NCBI GenBank assembly: GCA_002269645.1
Contig: NIVC01001808.1
Location: 124,001-188,000, forward strand
Origin: Macrostomum lignano
Lineage: Eukaryota
Direction of reading: 5' to 3'
Length of the DNA stretch: 64,000 nt
Every line of letters begins with the position of its first letter. The stretch's first letter is position 1. A program made the position numbers and the translations under genes. The notes below the pieces were generated by a model. It saw nothing but the letters and a program-made list of their open reading frames with translations. It did no database searches and had not been told where the DNA came from. Shown piece after piece: positions 1 through 12,955 of the stretch.

Positions 1-53
1 GCAGACCAAACAACACCAAATCCTACAGTCCCTCGGGGCTAAATAGATGTTAC

Positions 54-2935
54 CTTTATGGTCTTTGCCGGCCCCTCCGCCACCTCCAGCAGCCAGCAGC
101 AGGGTGTTGTCGGCGTCCTTGTAGACAAAGCTGCCCCCGCCGCCGCCAGCGCTGCCATGCGACAGCGTTTGTGACGTTATGTAGCCGCCTCTCTTCCCGA
201 CAACAACAGACAGAACTGTGCCGGCCGTCAGCCTGAAATTGCCGCTCATTTTGGCGCCGTTGCCTCCACTTCTAGCGAACACTTTGCCGCCATCGGCACC
301 CAGTGCCTCGATCCGGTAGCAGGCGGTGAACGGCAGCTGCACCGTCTGAACCGAACCGGTGCGTACGGAGCTCGTAGCTGAAGCTGAGAGACATTTCTTA
401 TTAAAAAAACAATTTAGAGGATTCAGACAGAGTTGAGTCATAGGGGTCATAGAGGGAATTAGGTCACAGCCGGAATTGAGTCATAGACGGAATCGGGTTA
501 TCGATAGAATCGGGTCATAGGCGTAATTGAATAATACATGTAGACGGAACTGGGTCTAGACAGATTCGGTTCATAGACGGAATTGGGTCATAGATAATAA
601 CGGGTCATGGATAGAATTGGGTCATAGATAGAATCTGGTCATAGATAAAACCGGGTCATAGACAAAGTTGAATCATAGACGGATTTGAGTCATAGATGGA
701 ATCCGGTTATACGAGCTATATAGAATCAAGTCATCAATGGAATCAGGTCATAGATAAAATCGGTCATAGACGGAACCGGGTCATGGACAGATTCAGTTCA
801 TTGACGGAATTGGGTCATAGATAAAACCGGGTCAAGGATTGAATTGGGTCATACGTAGATAGAATCGGGTCATAGATGGAGTCGGGTCATAGATGGAATC
901 GGGTCATAGATGGAATCGGGTCATAGATGGAGTCGGGTCATAGATGGAATCGGGTCATAGATGGAGTCGGGTCATAGATGGAATCGGGTCTTAGATGGAG
1001 TCGGGTCATAGATGGAATCGGGTCATAGATGGAATCGGGTTATATATAGAATCAGGTCATAGATGGAATCGGGTCATAGATGGAGTCGGGTCATAGATAG
1101 AATCGGGTCATAGATGGAATCGGGTTATATATAGAATCAGGTCATAGATGGAATCGGGTCATAGATGGAGTCGGGTCATAGACAGAACTAGGCCATGAAC
1201 GAAATTGAGTCATAGACGGAATTTGTCATTGACGGAATTGGGGTCATAGATAGAATCGGGTCATTGACGGAGTTGGGTCACAGACGGAATCAGGCCAATG
1301 ATAGAATTAGGGCAATATGATCGGGGCCAAACCATTGGGCCAGAGAAAGAACCGAACGATCACAATCCTTCCGGCTACTCACCAGAAAAAGTCTTCTCAA
1401 ACGGCGGCAGCAGGGCGGCCAGCCGCAGCTCCAAGTCGGCCACTTTCCACAGCCGATCGGACGGTCCGGCCTCAACGTGTCGCCGCACGCGGCTCGGGTT
1501 CGAATTCGGCATCGATTTGGTCGAGTCATCGGCCAGAAAAATCATTCGGCAGATTTTGGAACCGTTGGCCAGGCTGGCGACTGAGCAGCCTCCCTGCAGG
1601 CAGGCAGTGGCGCACTCGATCTCGGACCGGACTCCGGTCACATTTAGCTCGAAGCTGCTTGTCACATTGTCGATGAGTACCGAGTCCGTTCGGATCAGCT
1701 CGGTCTGGTTCACATTGGAGCCGGCGCTGGCGGCTGGAAATAGAATCAGCTTCCGATTGTCAGATGCGCATTGTGGCACTCCATTTGGAGCCATCAATGA
1801 CCATTTGGAGCCATCGATGACCATTTGGAGCCATCGATGACCGTTTGGAGCCATCGATGACCGTTTGGAGCCATCAATGACCATTTGGAGCCATCGATGA
1901 CCGTTTGGAGCCATCGATGACCGTTTGGAGCTATCGATGACAGCCATCGATGACCGTTTGGAGCTATCGATGACAGCCATCAATGACCGTTTGGAGCTAT
2001 CGATGACAGCCATCGATGACCGTTTGGAGCTATCGATGACAGCCATCAATGACCGTTTGGAGCTATCGATGACAGCCATCGATGACCGTTTGGAGCTATC
2101 GATGACAAGTTTGGAGCCATAAATGACAATTTAGAGCTATCGATGAGCAATTAGAACTATCGATGACCAATTGGAGCCATCGATGACGCTTTGGAGCCAT
2201 CGATGACCAATTAGAACTATCGATGACCAATTGGAGCCATCGATGACATGACGGTTTGGAGCCATCAATGACCATTTGGAGCTATCGATGATCAATTGGA
2301 GCTATCAATGACCAATCGAAGCTATCGATGACCAATTGGAGCAATCGATGATCAATTGGAGCCATAAATGACCAACTGGAGACATCGATGGCCATTTGGA
2401 GCCATCGATGACCGTTTGGAGCCATCAATGACTAGTTTGAGCAATCGATGACAAATTTGGAGCCATAAAAGACCATTTAGAGCTATCGATGACCAATTGG
2501 AGCTATCGATGACCAATCGAAGCTATCGATGACCAATTGGAGCAATCGATGATCAATTGGAGCCATGAATGACCATTTGGAGCCATCGATGACTAATTGG
2601 AGCTATCGATGACCAATTGGAACTATCGATGACCAATTGGAGCCATCGATAACCAATTGAAGCCATCGATGACCATTTGGAGCCATCGATGACCATTTGA
2701 ATCCATCGTTAACAAATTGGAGCCATCGATGACCAATTAGAGTCATAGATGACCAATTGGAGCCATAGATGACCACTAGGCGCCACAAGTGAGCATACAT
2801 GTGGCTCCTTTAAGCACGAGCTTACATAGTCGAATAAATTGGTTGCTATCTGAACAGTTCGGTCGCTCCGGCCAACTCACCCAACGAGCAGCAGCAGAAC
2901 AGCAGCCGCAGAGCCACGCGTGAACTTCTCATCAT
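54..2935 (-). CDS. Secreted PAN/apple-domain + ALK/LTK-type glycine-rich-domain protein (5' part; continues beyond the left edge)
   Basis: Exons complement(2881..2935, 1383..1733, 54..383) have GT/AG ends and matching phase-1 junctions. Exon 1 MMRSSRVALRLLFCCCSL is signal-peptide-like. Exon 2 has a PAN-like Cys pattern (SEIECATACLQGGCSVASLANGSKICRM). Exon 3 reads TGSVQTVQLPFTACYRIEALGADGG...GAKMSGNFRLTAGTVLSVVVG...GGGGGSFV...LLLAAGGGGGAG, the hallmark of the ALK/LTK glycine-rich domain. Confidence 0.8.
430..1290. repeat. Intronic 17-bp minisatellite (GGGTCATAGATGGA[A/G]TC)n
   Basis: Near-perfect units at ~861-1180 with degenerate flanks; fills intron 2 of the PAN/GRD gene. Confidence 0.9.
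1775..2775. repeat. Intronic 20-bp minisatellite (GGAGCCATCGATGACCATTT)n with a 33-bp variant block
   Basis: Tandem units are directly visible; the 33-bp variant lies at ~1921-2110. Fills intron 1 of the PAN/GRD gene. Confidence 0.9.
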
Positions 2936-3309
2936 TGAAAATTTCTTTCGTTGCATAAAGTTAATGAACGAAATACAGCAGCAGTGGAGGCGCCTCTGTC
3001 AGCGGAGTGTTGCTTTTTATGCTAAATTGTCAGAGCTGGTATTGTACACCCGTTGAGTGCACCCCGTATGAAGTGCTGCATGGCTACTTCAATTAGAAAG
3101 CTTCTGGCATCTCAAAGGCAGCTACTTCAATTCCAAACGTGACAGATGAATGTTTGCCATCATTTTAGAGTAGCCTGATAATCTCCTTGTCTTCCTTGTC
3201 AATAGCCCATGAAAAACTGAATGAGATCTGGTGTGACTTCTCCATATCTCCCCCAGCCTGTTGAAATAACAAATATTAATTCACAATTGGAAAGCAGGAA
3301 AGTGAGTGA

Positions 3310-3352
3310 CAGACAGAAGAACAAACGGACAAACAAACGAACAAACAAACAA

Positions 3353-3419
<67 letters not shown>

Positions 3420-3434
3420 CACAGACAGACACTA

Positions 3435-3491
<57 letters not shown>

Positions 3492-3500
3492 GGCAGACAG
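3310..3500. repeat. (GACA)n microsatellite
   Basis: Direct reading. Confidence 0.95.
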
Positions 3501-3585
3501 GCAGCCAGGCAAAATTTAGCTTCTGGTATAATGGTAGCATTTAGGAAATTTCCACGAATATTCATCCTCAGTAACTCCCACGTAC

Positions 3586-3935
3586 GGGGGGCCGTAGCCC
3601 AGCGGTAGCGCAGCTGCTCTGGTCTGGTGTGCCAGCGACCCAGGCTCGATTCCAAGTGCAGTCACATTAATTTGGGGCTGAATTGGAATCTCGGCTTGGC
3701 TCTGCTCGTGCAATTAACGGCCTTGAGAGCCAACCCCCCAAGGCACAGTGAAGTGTACATGCCTAACGATAATATAAAGTTAGGGCCGCTGTACACTCCT
3801 GTGTGAGTGTGTGCCTGCGTAAGTATCCGCGCGCTTGTATGCCTGCTCAGGGGAGTCGGCGGAATGGGCAGTAATGCCTCTCGCCGGTTGTGTGCCTATG
3901 TCGCTTAAAGTGCGCCAGGGTGCACACAACCCCCC
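3586..3935 (+). mobile_element. tRNA-derived SINE, family B
   Basis: A-box-like TAGCCCAGCGG and B-box-like GGCTCGATTCC at 3597-3655. The body (AGTGTACATG...CCGCTGTACAC.CCTGTG.GAG.GTGTG...TGCTCAGG.GAGTC.GCGGAATG.GCAG) recurs at ~19890-20065. Confidence 0.55.
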
Positions 3936-5084
3936 TGCCTCTAATAAAAAAATAAAAACTCCCACACTTACAATCGTGAAAATGGAAAGTTTTACAGGTG
4001 TGTAGAAATTTAAAGGAAAGAATTTTTTCATTGGTTCAGGCGACAGACAGCAGCTTTCAGAACTGTGTTGCGCGGTACCAGCATCCCAGCTGCAGCTAGA
4101 GCTCACTTCATCTCGCCTCAATTCTCCCTTCGCTGCATTGTCTGTCCGCGCCTGCCTCTGTCTCTCAAGCCGCTCTCACAAGGATTCTGCCGCCAATTTA
4201 TTGCCTTAGGGTAGGCATTTTACTGCCTGCAGGAATGAAAAAAAAATAGATTAATTCTGTCAGGGAGTTCCCGATAGGAGACCGCCAGACACCGCGCTCG
4301 CTATGTTGTACTGTTTTTACAATTTGGGCCTACAGAAATTCATTCATTTCGAGCATAGCTACATCTTTTGCTACGAAAAAAATTTTCTACTTTAAAATGA
4401 TTTCTTGCCAGAGGCCACAAGAGTGCTTCGTGGTCGGTGTATCTGGATCTAGGAGGGCCATGTTTTAAGTCATAAAAAAGTTCTCTATCTGGTTCATTGC
4501 ATATTTAGAGCCAACCAATGCGTGTAACTGTGCGCGCACTGGAGCAGCCAGTGATATCGATGGGATGAAAAAGATGTAATGGGATGGGTATTGAGCTGAA
4601 ATTGTGGTACTTTCCCTAAGTCTGCCTTCCAACTTAGGCCTCTGCCCTATAAAGCCTTTAGTTTAAATGTTGATTTTTTTAAAACTCCTTGCGTATTTTT
4701 AATTATTGAAATTTAAATTCATGTACTACTAACCATGCGAGTAGTTGTGCTGAAAAATCGGTTTAAATTTATTTATTCCATTTTTAAAACATCAAAAATA
4801 AAATCATTTTTCTAAGAAATTTTTGAATGCATGCATGTTTTTTCAAGTGTTTTAATGTTCTAATTTAAACATCATTGTCAAATTCTGTATCTTTAAGACT
4901 ACAAAACTAAGTAACAAGCAAAGCAAACTTCTTTGCTCTTTATGCAAATGCTACTAAAAGTTGAAAAAATAAAGTAGACCATGTAGGATATAATCATTCA
5001 CAAGTAAAACAAGCAATTTTGGTGTCCGTGCTGATCCATTTTAAGTATTAAATAAAACCGTAATGCTGTCTACTTAAAATAAGT

Positions 5085-5915
5085 TGTTCGGTGTTCCGTA
5101 AGTTCTGAGCCTTCTTGCCCTAGCAAACGAACACAGTCACTCAGAGTCTTCAAAATTTTCACACTTTTCGACGTAGTCCCCTGTCAAGTCGACACACTTC
5201 TTCCAACGCAGCACGAGCTTGCGAAGGCCGTCATCGAAGAAGCTTCTTGGTGTAGTCTCCAGCCACGTGTTCAGTGCACGTTTCACCTCAGTCAGGCTGA
5301 TTTTGATTTGAGTGATTTTTTCATTGGTCAGAAGAGGTGATAGTCGCTGGGTGCCAAAAATCTGGTTTGGAAGCAGTTCCCAGTGCAGATTGCCAACTGT
5401 TCTCACAGTGTGCCTGGCAGTGTGAGGCCTGGCATTGTCGTGCTGAAGGAGTGGCCGAGAGTGCAGCTTTCCAGGCCGCTTTTCAGCAAGTTTTGGCGAA
5501 GCGGCCCTCTTAGCAGGATTGATTGTGCGGCCTGACCCGAGGAAATCAATGTGGATCACGCCTTCGGTGTCCCAAAAGACAGTGATCATTGTCTTCCCCG
5601 AAGATGGAGCAGAACGGGCCTTGACTAGGTGACCTTCTTCTGGCCAGCGCCACTCACGTGACTGCTCCTTGGTTTCTGGATTGTAAAGCCAGGTCTTCAG
5701 TGATAATGCGTTGCCAGAATGCCTCGCCGCGTACTTCTCAACCAGAGTCATCAGGTGCTTGTACGTGTCAGCCCGTTCATGTTTCTGGTGGATGCCCAAC
5801 AGTCTAGGAACCCATCGTAATGCAGAATTACGTGAACGCGTGCCACACCGATGCCACAGAAGTCAGCGATCTCGGGAACCGTGACTCGCTTGTCCTCCAT
5901 CACCAGCTTGAAATC
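5085..5915 (-). mobile_element. Decayed, 5'-truncated mariner (DD34D-type) transposase
   Basis: Motifs LVMEDKRVTVPEIA, WVPRLL (other frame), WLYNPETKEQSREW, GKTMITVFWDTEGVIHIDFL, QHDNARPHTA and RWKKCVDLTGDYVEK, with frameshifts. No complete TIR pair found. Confidence 0.85.
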
Positions 5916-6620
5916 CGTATTTAGACACCCCTTATTTAAAAAAAATCGATTATAACACCAATGCTTCAATTCAATTAGCTAATTATTGAAATATATATGA
6001 AAATGTTACGAAAAATTAAACTCGTCGCAATTTTGACAGCCTACCATTTTTTTCTAAAATATTACTGTTCGTAAAATTCTCGTTTTTAATAAGTACTACA
6101 AACAGGATCTCGAGATCTTTCTCCCCTACGGTATCTCTCTCTCTCTCTCTCTCTCTATTTCTCAATGGCCTGTAGCCTAAAATACAAAAAGCCCTGTGCG
6201 CTGTTTAGTACCAGCTGAAGCAGAACGGAGTTTTAAAGCTGACGGTATAAATGACGCACTGCGTGAGTAGCAGAGCGCAGAGGCGGTGGCGGGGTGGGTG
6301 GGGGGTTGGGTTGCTGCACCTCCTCAGCTCACTCGAGCTGACAACCAGCTGGACTCAGAGCGTCCAATGCCTCGCCAACCCTCTCACAACTAAGAGGTCC
6401 GATCGACTCCTTCGCCTCTTCCCCCTCCCAATGCCGGAAAACGAAAAACCCGCATAGTTGCGTTTGCCTAAGCAAAATTGGCCAAGTTTGAAAAGCCAAC
6501 AGCGGAGCGATCGAAAGACGGAAAAAGAAATTGCAACTCAAGGCAGCGAGGATCCTGCTGAGCCCGAGCTCAGCCTAAGAGCAGACAATCGACCAAGAGT
6601 CTTCTGATGAGGAACTCGGC

Positions 6621-8105
<1,485 letters not shown>

Positions 8106-8184
8106 GCTGCCGCTGACTTGGAATTGACTACATCTGGATTGTTTTTTGGGAAGATTTATCACCTTACTCAGTGGGATTGGCTGA

Positions 8185-9455
8185 GTGGAAGAGGGAGAAT
8201 TATCCCCGAACTCAATGGGATGGGGAAAAGTGGAAGAGGGAGATTTATCCCCGAACTCAATGGGATGGGGAAAAGTGGAAGAGGGAGATTTATCCCCGAA
8301 CTCAATGGGAAGGGGAAGAGTGGAAGAGGGAGATTTATCCCGAACTCAAAGGGAAGGGGAAAAGTGGAAGAGGGAGATTTATCCCCGAACTCAATGGGAA
8401 GGGGAAGAGTGGAAGAGGGAGATTTATCCCCGAACTCAATGGGAAGGGGAAGAGTGGAAGAGGGAGATTTATCCCGAACTCAATGGGAAGGGGAAGAGTG
8501 GAAGAGGGAGATTTATCCCGAACTCAATGGGAAGGGGAAAAGTGGAAGAGGGAGATTTATCCCCGAACTCAATGGGATGGGGAAAAGTGGAAGAGGGAGA
8601 TTTATCCCCGAACTCAATGGGAAGGGGAAGAGTGGAAGAGGGAGATTTATCCCCGAACTCAATGGGAAGGGGAAAAGTGGAAGAGGGAGATTTATCCCCG
8701 AACTCAATGGGATGGGGAAAAGTGGAAGAGGGAGATTTATCCCCGAACTCAATGGGAAGGGGAAGAGTGGAAGAGGGAGATTTATCCCCGAACTCAATGG
8801 GAAGGGGAAGAGTGGAAGAGGGAGATTTATCCCCGAACTCAATGGGATGGGGAAAAGTGGAAGAGGGAGATTTATCCCCGAACTCAATGGGAAGGGGAAG
8901 AGTGGAAGAGGGAGATTTATCCCCGAACTCAAAGGGAAGGGGAAAAGTGGAAGAGGGAGATTTATCCCCGAACTCAATGGGAAGGGGAAGAGTGGAAGAG
9001 GGAGATTTATCCCCGAACTCAATGGGAAGGGGAAGAGTGGAAGAGGGAGATTTATCCCCGAACTCAATGGGAAGGGAAGAGTGGAAGAGGGAGATTTATC
9101 CCCGAACTCAATGGGAAGGGGAAAAGTGGAAGAGGGAGATTTATCCCCGAACTCAATGGGATGGGGAAAAGTGGAAGAGGGAGATTTATCCCGAACTCAA
9201 TGGGAAGGGAAGAGTGGAAGAGGGAGATTTATCCCGAACTCAATGGGAAGGGGAAAAGTGGAAGAGGGAGATTTATCCCCGAACTCAATGGGATGGGGAA
9301 AAGTGGAAGAGGGAGATTTATCCCCGAACTCAATGGGAAGGGGAAGAGTGGAAGAGGGAGATTTATCCCCGAACTCAATGGGAAGGGGAAGAGTGGAAGA
9401 GGGAGATTTATCCCCGAACTCAATGGGATGGGGAAAAGTGGAAGAGGGAGATTTG
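8185..9455. repeat. 45-bp purine-rich minisatellite (AGTGGAAGAGGGAGATTTATCCCCGAACTCAATGGGA[A/T]GGGGAA[G/A])n, ~28 units
   Basis: Direct reading; lies between the convergent EFCAB14-like and scramblase genes. Confidence 0.95.
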
Positions 9456-10030
9456 TCTCCCAAATTAATGAGACCGGAAAGCAGAAAGGCAGCCAATGGA
9501 CAAGATTATCCCATCGCCCGATTTAGATGTTTAGTAGAGGGATTTTCTTAAACAGTGTCGATTCGTTCCTTAGTTTTGCAATTCATTACCTATCTGGAGT
9601 AGCAGGTAACTAAGACTTGCGATTGAACCATTGAACCGCCCTTTTATTGCCTCCGCCTACCTGTAGAATAACTTATTTTTGTTTGCTCAGTCCGAGACTA
9701 AATTTTTTACTTAAATAAGTAAACTTGCACGTACATCAATAGAAGTAGACTTTGAACTTTTCGTTTTTATGTCGAGAAAACCGATTATTATTATTATTAA
9801 GAAGCGTTTGTTCGGACAAAGATTCTTAGCTTAGATGCTAAGGTTCGATATGGATTGGCCGCTAAAATATCCGCTTATTGAGGCAAAAAACATCAGGGAT
9901 AAGGCAAGGAAACAAGCAGAAAGGAATATTCTTGTACTCGTAGTTACGCTCTTATATAAGTCAGCGCAAGGCAACTCTGAAGTCTGGTTCGGGTTGTAAG
10001 TCATCTTGGTTGGGTCTGCGCAACCCAACC

Positions 10031-10201
10031 TCAGTGCTGCGAGCGCCGGTTCTGGCCTTCAAAGAACATGAAGTCCTGCAATGATGTGGGTGCGATCTGT
10101 CTCACTGTCTGTCTGTCTGTCTGTCTGACTGTCTGACTGTCTGTCTGTCTGTCTGACTGTCTGACTGTCTGTCTGTCATGGAGCCTGTCTGTCTGTCTTA
10201 G

Positions 10202-10234
<33 letters not shown>

Positions 10235-10237
10235 TAG

Positions 10238-10297
<60 letters not shown>

Positions 10298-12263
10298 AGA
10301 GCTGCCATCTCACGATCAGAAAGCAGGCTGCCAGAACCACAGCTTTGATCTTGACGCTCAAATCTCGCGGAAAAGTGATGCCAAAGTTGTCAACGTCCGT
10401 GAAGTACTCCTGCAGCAGGTTGGTCCACTGCTTGGACACCCGGCCCACCTCCGTGCTGCCATCGTGCGACCTCAGCTGGAGTGAATTGTTGTTGACGAGG
10501 TGAAAATACAAAAGAATGGAATACCAAAAATGGAATATACCTGGTATCAATCAACGGAGTGATGCATATCAGTGCAGTGGAAAAAATAGAAACTGTGCAT
10601 AGATCGAGACGGAGTGAAAATTTGTATTGAGTGGGAAGGAGGGTAGAGAATAGAATGCAGAGAGGGTGAATATTTTGGCGGGTGTGAAAGTACCAATAAT
10701 GTGAATTATGTGAAGCTAATTGTTGCGAGAGACAAGAAGAGGCAGAAAATATCAATACGTACATGTATAGAGTGAAAATCTACCCCTAGATAGAAGAAGG
10801 CAGGCACAAAGTGAAGACAACCAACATATAGAAAATTCCAGGGCAAAATATTCAATAAAGCAAATTGGTCTTTCACACTCTGATACTCAAATAGCTGAAA
10901 GGGAACAGCTAGCAGCGCTTAACCGACGCACTGAGCGTTCCAGAAATAAGAGGAAAGCAGTTTTCACTTCAAAGCGGGGCCTTTCAAACCAACCCGATAG
11001 ATGCACACTGTACCAACCCGACAGATGCACACTGCACCAACCCGATAGATGCACACTGCACCAACCCGACAGATGCACACTGCACCAACCCGATAGATGC
11101 ACACTGCACCAACCCGATAGATGCACACTGCACCAAACCGATAGATGCACCAATCCGATAGATGCACCAACCCGATAGATGCACCAACCCGATAGATTCA
11201 CCAACCCGATAGATGTACCAACCCGATAGATCCACACTGCACCAAACCGATAGATGCACCAACCCGATAGATGCACACTGCACCAAACCGATAGATGCAC
11301 CAACCCGATAGATGCACCAACCCGATAGATTCACCAACCGATAGATGCACCAACCCGATAGATGTACCAAGCCGAAAGATGCACACTGCACCAACCCGAC
11401 AGATGCACCAACCCGATAGCTGCATACTGCATGTCATGTCAATCACACTACGTCATTGTTTCCTCAACGTGTTCTCTCCGATCAAGCAGCTTCTGACAAC
11501 TGCGTTCGCCAGTGCTGTGGACCGCAGCGCTCATTCGAGCTGTTTGTCGAGGACTACCAGGGCAACGAGGTGCTGCGCATCTCTAGGCCCTACAAGTGCG
11601 TCTGCTGTCACCAGGTCTGCTCCTGCGCCAACTGCTGCTTCGACGAAGTGTCAGTAGAGTCGCCGCCAGGCTGCTACATCGGACGGGTTGTGCAGGCCTA
11701 CGGCGGCTGCCGCCCGGTCTATCAAATCAAGGACGAGGCCGACGCTACTGTGCTGGTGGCGGAGGGGCCCATCTACACCAAGTGCTACTGCCCCGGAGAC
11801 GATATACCTTTCACTGTGAGCTGAGAAGTGGGTGGGGAGTGTAGTGTGCATCTATCGGGTTGGTGCAGTGTGCATCTATCGGGTTGGTGCAGTGTGCATC
11901 TATCGGGTTGGTGCAGTGTGCATCTATCGGGTTGGTGCATCTATCGGGTTGGTGCATCTATCGGTTTGGTGCAGTGTGCATCTGTCGGGTTCAAAGCTAC
12001 CAAATCAAATTAGGCTTGCCGCCGCGAAGCCTCAAGGAGCGCACTCACACTCTCTAGCGAAGAACACCTGCTGTCCAGTGGAGTTCTGCACGCTGTACCT
12101 GTTCTGCATCTCGAAGCCCGAAATGACTGCAAACAAAGGCGGCATGTTTCGGGTAAATGTTTGCTCATCAAAGCCAAAATTCAAGCCCAAAGGTCAGTCC
12201 GTTGGCGAATACGAACCCTCGAAAGTTTCCTTCTTCTGCTTGATGATGAGCTGGTCGAGCTGG
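10031..12263 (-). CDS. PLSCR: Phospholipid scramblase (PLSCR family) with one internal exon on the opposite strand
   Basis: Minus-strand exons: 12217..12263 (QLDQLIIKQKKETFE), 12049..12126 (VISGFEMQNRYSVQNSTGQQVFFARE), 10314..10475 (LRSHDGSTEVGRVSKQW...DVDNFGITFPRDLSVKIKAVVLAACFLI) and 10031..10075 (DFMFFEGQNRRSQH*). The missing middle exon is at +11490..11815. The 5'-most exon(s) are not resolved. Confidence 0.9.
10105..10295. repeat. (CTGT)n microsatellite in the last scramblase intron
   Basis: Direct reading. Confidence 0.9.
10988..11420 (+). repeat. Left arm of the inverted minisatellite pair: 24-bp AACCCGATAGATGCACACTGCACC and 17-bp AACCCGATAGATGCACC units
   Basis: Direct reading; reverse complement of the array at 11841-11991. 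Confidence 0.95.
11490..11815 (+). CDS. PLSCR: Inverted internal exon of the phospholipid scramblase gene
   Basis: AAGCAG|CT TCT GAC...CCT TTC ACT|GTGAGC. Encodes SDNCVRQCCGPQRSF...RISRPYKC...VSVESPPGCYIGRVVQ...EGP...DDIPFT. It starts in phase 1 and ends in phase 0, matching the minus-strand donor at 12049 (phase 1) and acceptor at 10475 (phase 0). Confidence 0.9.
11841..11991 (-). repeat. Right arm of the inverted minisatellite pair (GGTGCAGTGTGCATCTATCGGGTT)n
   Basis: Direct reading; same 24/17-bp units in the opposite orientation. Confidence 0.95.
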
Positions 12264-12955
12264 CTATTTCCTATTGAATCTCTCTTGTGAAGACATTCCA
12301 CCCTATTATATCGCTGCAGATTCAACTCCGCCTCACTGTGCGCAACGCTGGCCCAAGGAGATCTTATAGAATCTGGAGTAGCCACATCGGCTAACTAACT
12401 AAACTTCTACAGCTCATATTGGAGTCGCACTCCAGACTCTATTTATAGATGAAGATCGCCCTCGCCGAGCGGCCGGAGGGTCTGCTAGTCTTTTTTCACG
12501 ATACAGAGAATGCAGCACAGACAATGTTCTTTCAATTTGTTTTTTTCATCTCTCTCTCTCTCTCTCTCCATATCCATCTCTAAACCTTTGCACCTGGCTA
12601 CTCAAGAAAATAGCATTCGCTCAGCAGCTATTGTGTCTTTTGGAATCAACCGAGAGACGGAGGAGTGAAGGGGCGAGCAAAGAAGCTGCTCAACCAATTG
12701 AGGGTTGCCAGCCAGAGAAAAAATGCTTCTCTCCCTGCTGACGTCAAAGCTCAAATAGGCCAACGTGCCAAGCAAGCTGTTTAAGATATTTTCGCAACTA
12801 GCACGCTCTCTGCCAGTTCATTTTTCCCAAACTGACTGGTGCAAAAGTTGAATTTCGAACGTGTTGACCTTCTTTTACTTGGCTGATTCGGACACTGAAT
12901 CCGAATGGCACCCAACGGAGTCAGTGACCGAAGCGCTAGGCTCCCGCGCTTGATC

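Noticed and set aside
1298-1840. 180-aa plus-strand ORF
   Set aside because: Antisense shadow of the PAN exon, which has proper splice sites on the minus strand.
8118-9551. Three overlapping 430-480 aa ORFs
   Set aside because: They are translations of a stop-free 45-bp tandem repeat in all frames; no evidence of coding.
11456-11824. Separate plus-strand scramblase paralog
   Set aside because: No other plus-strand scramblase exons are nearby; it exactly fills the gap and phases of the minus-strand gene.
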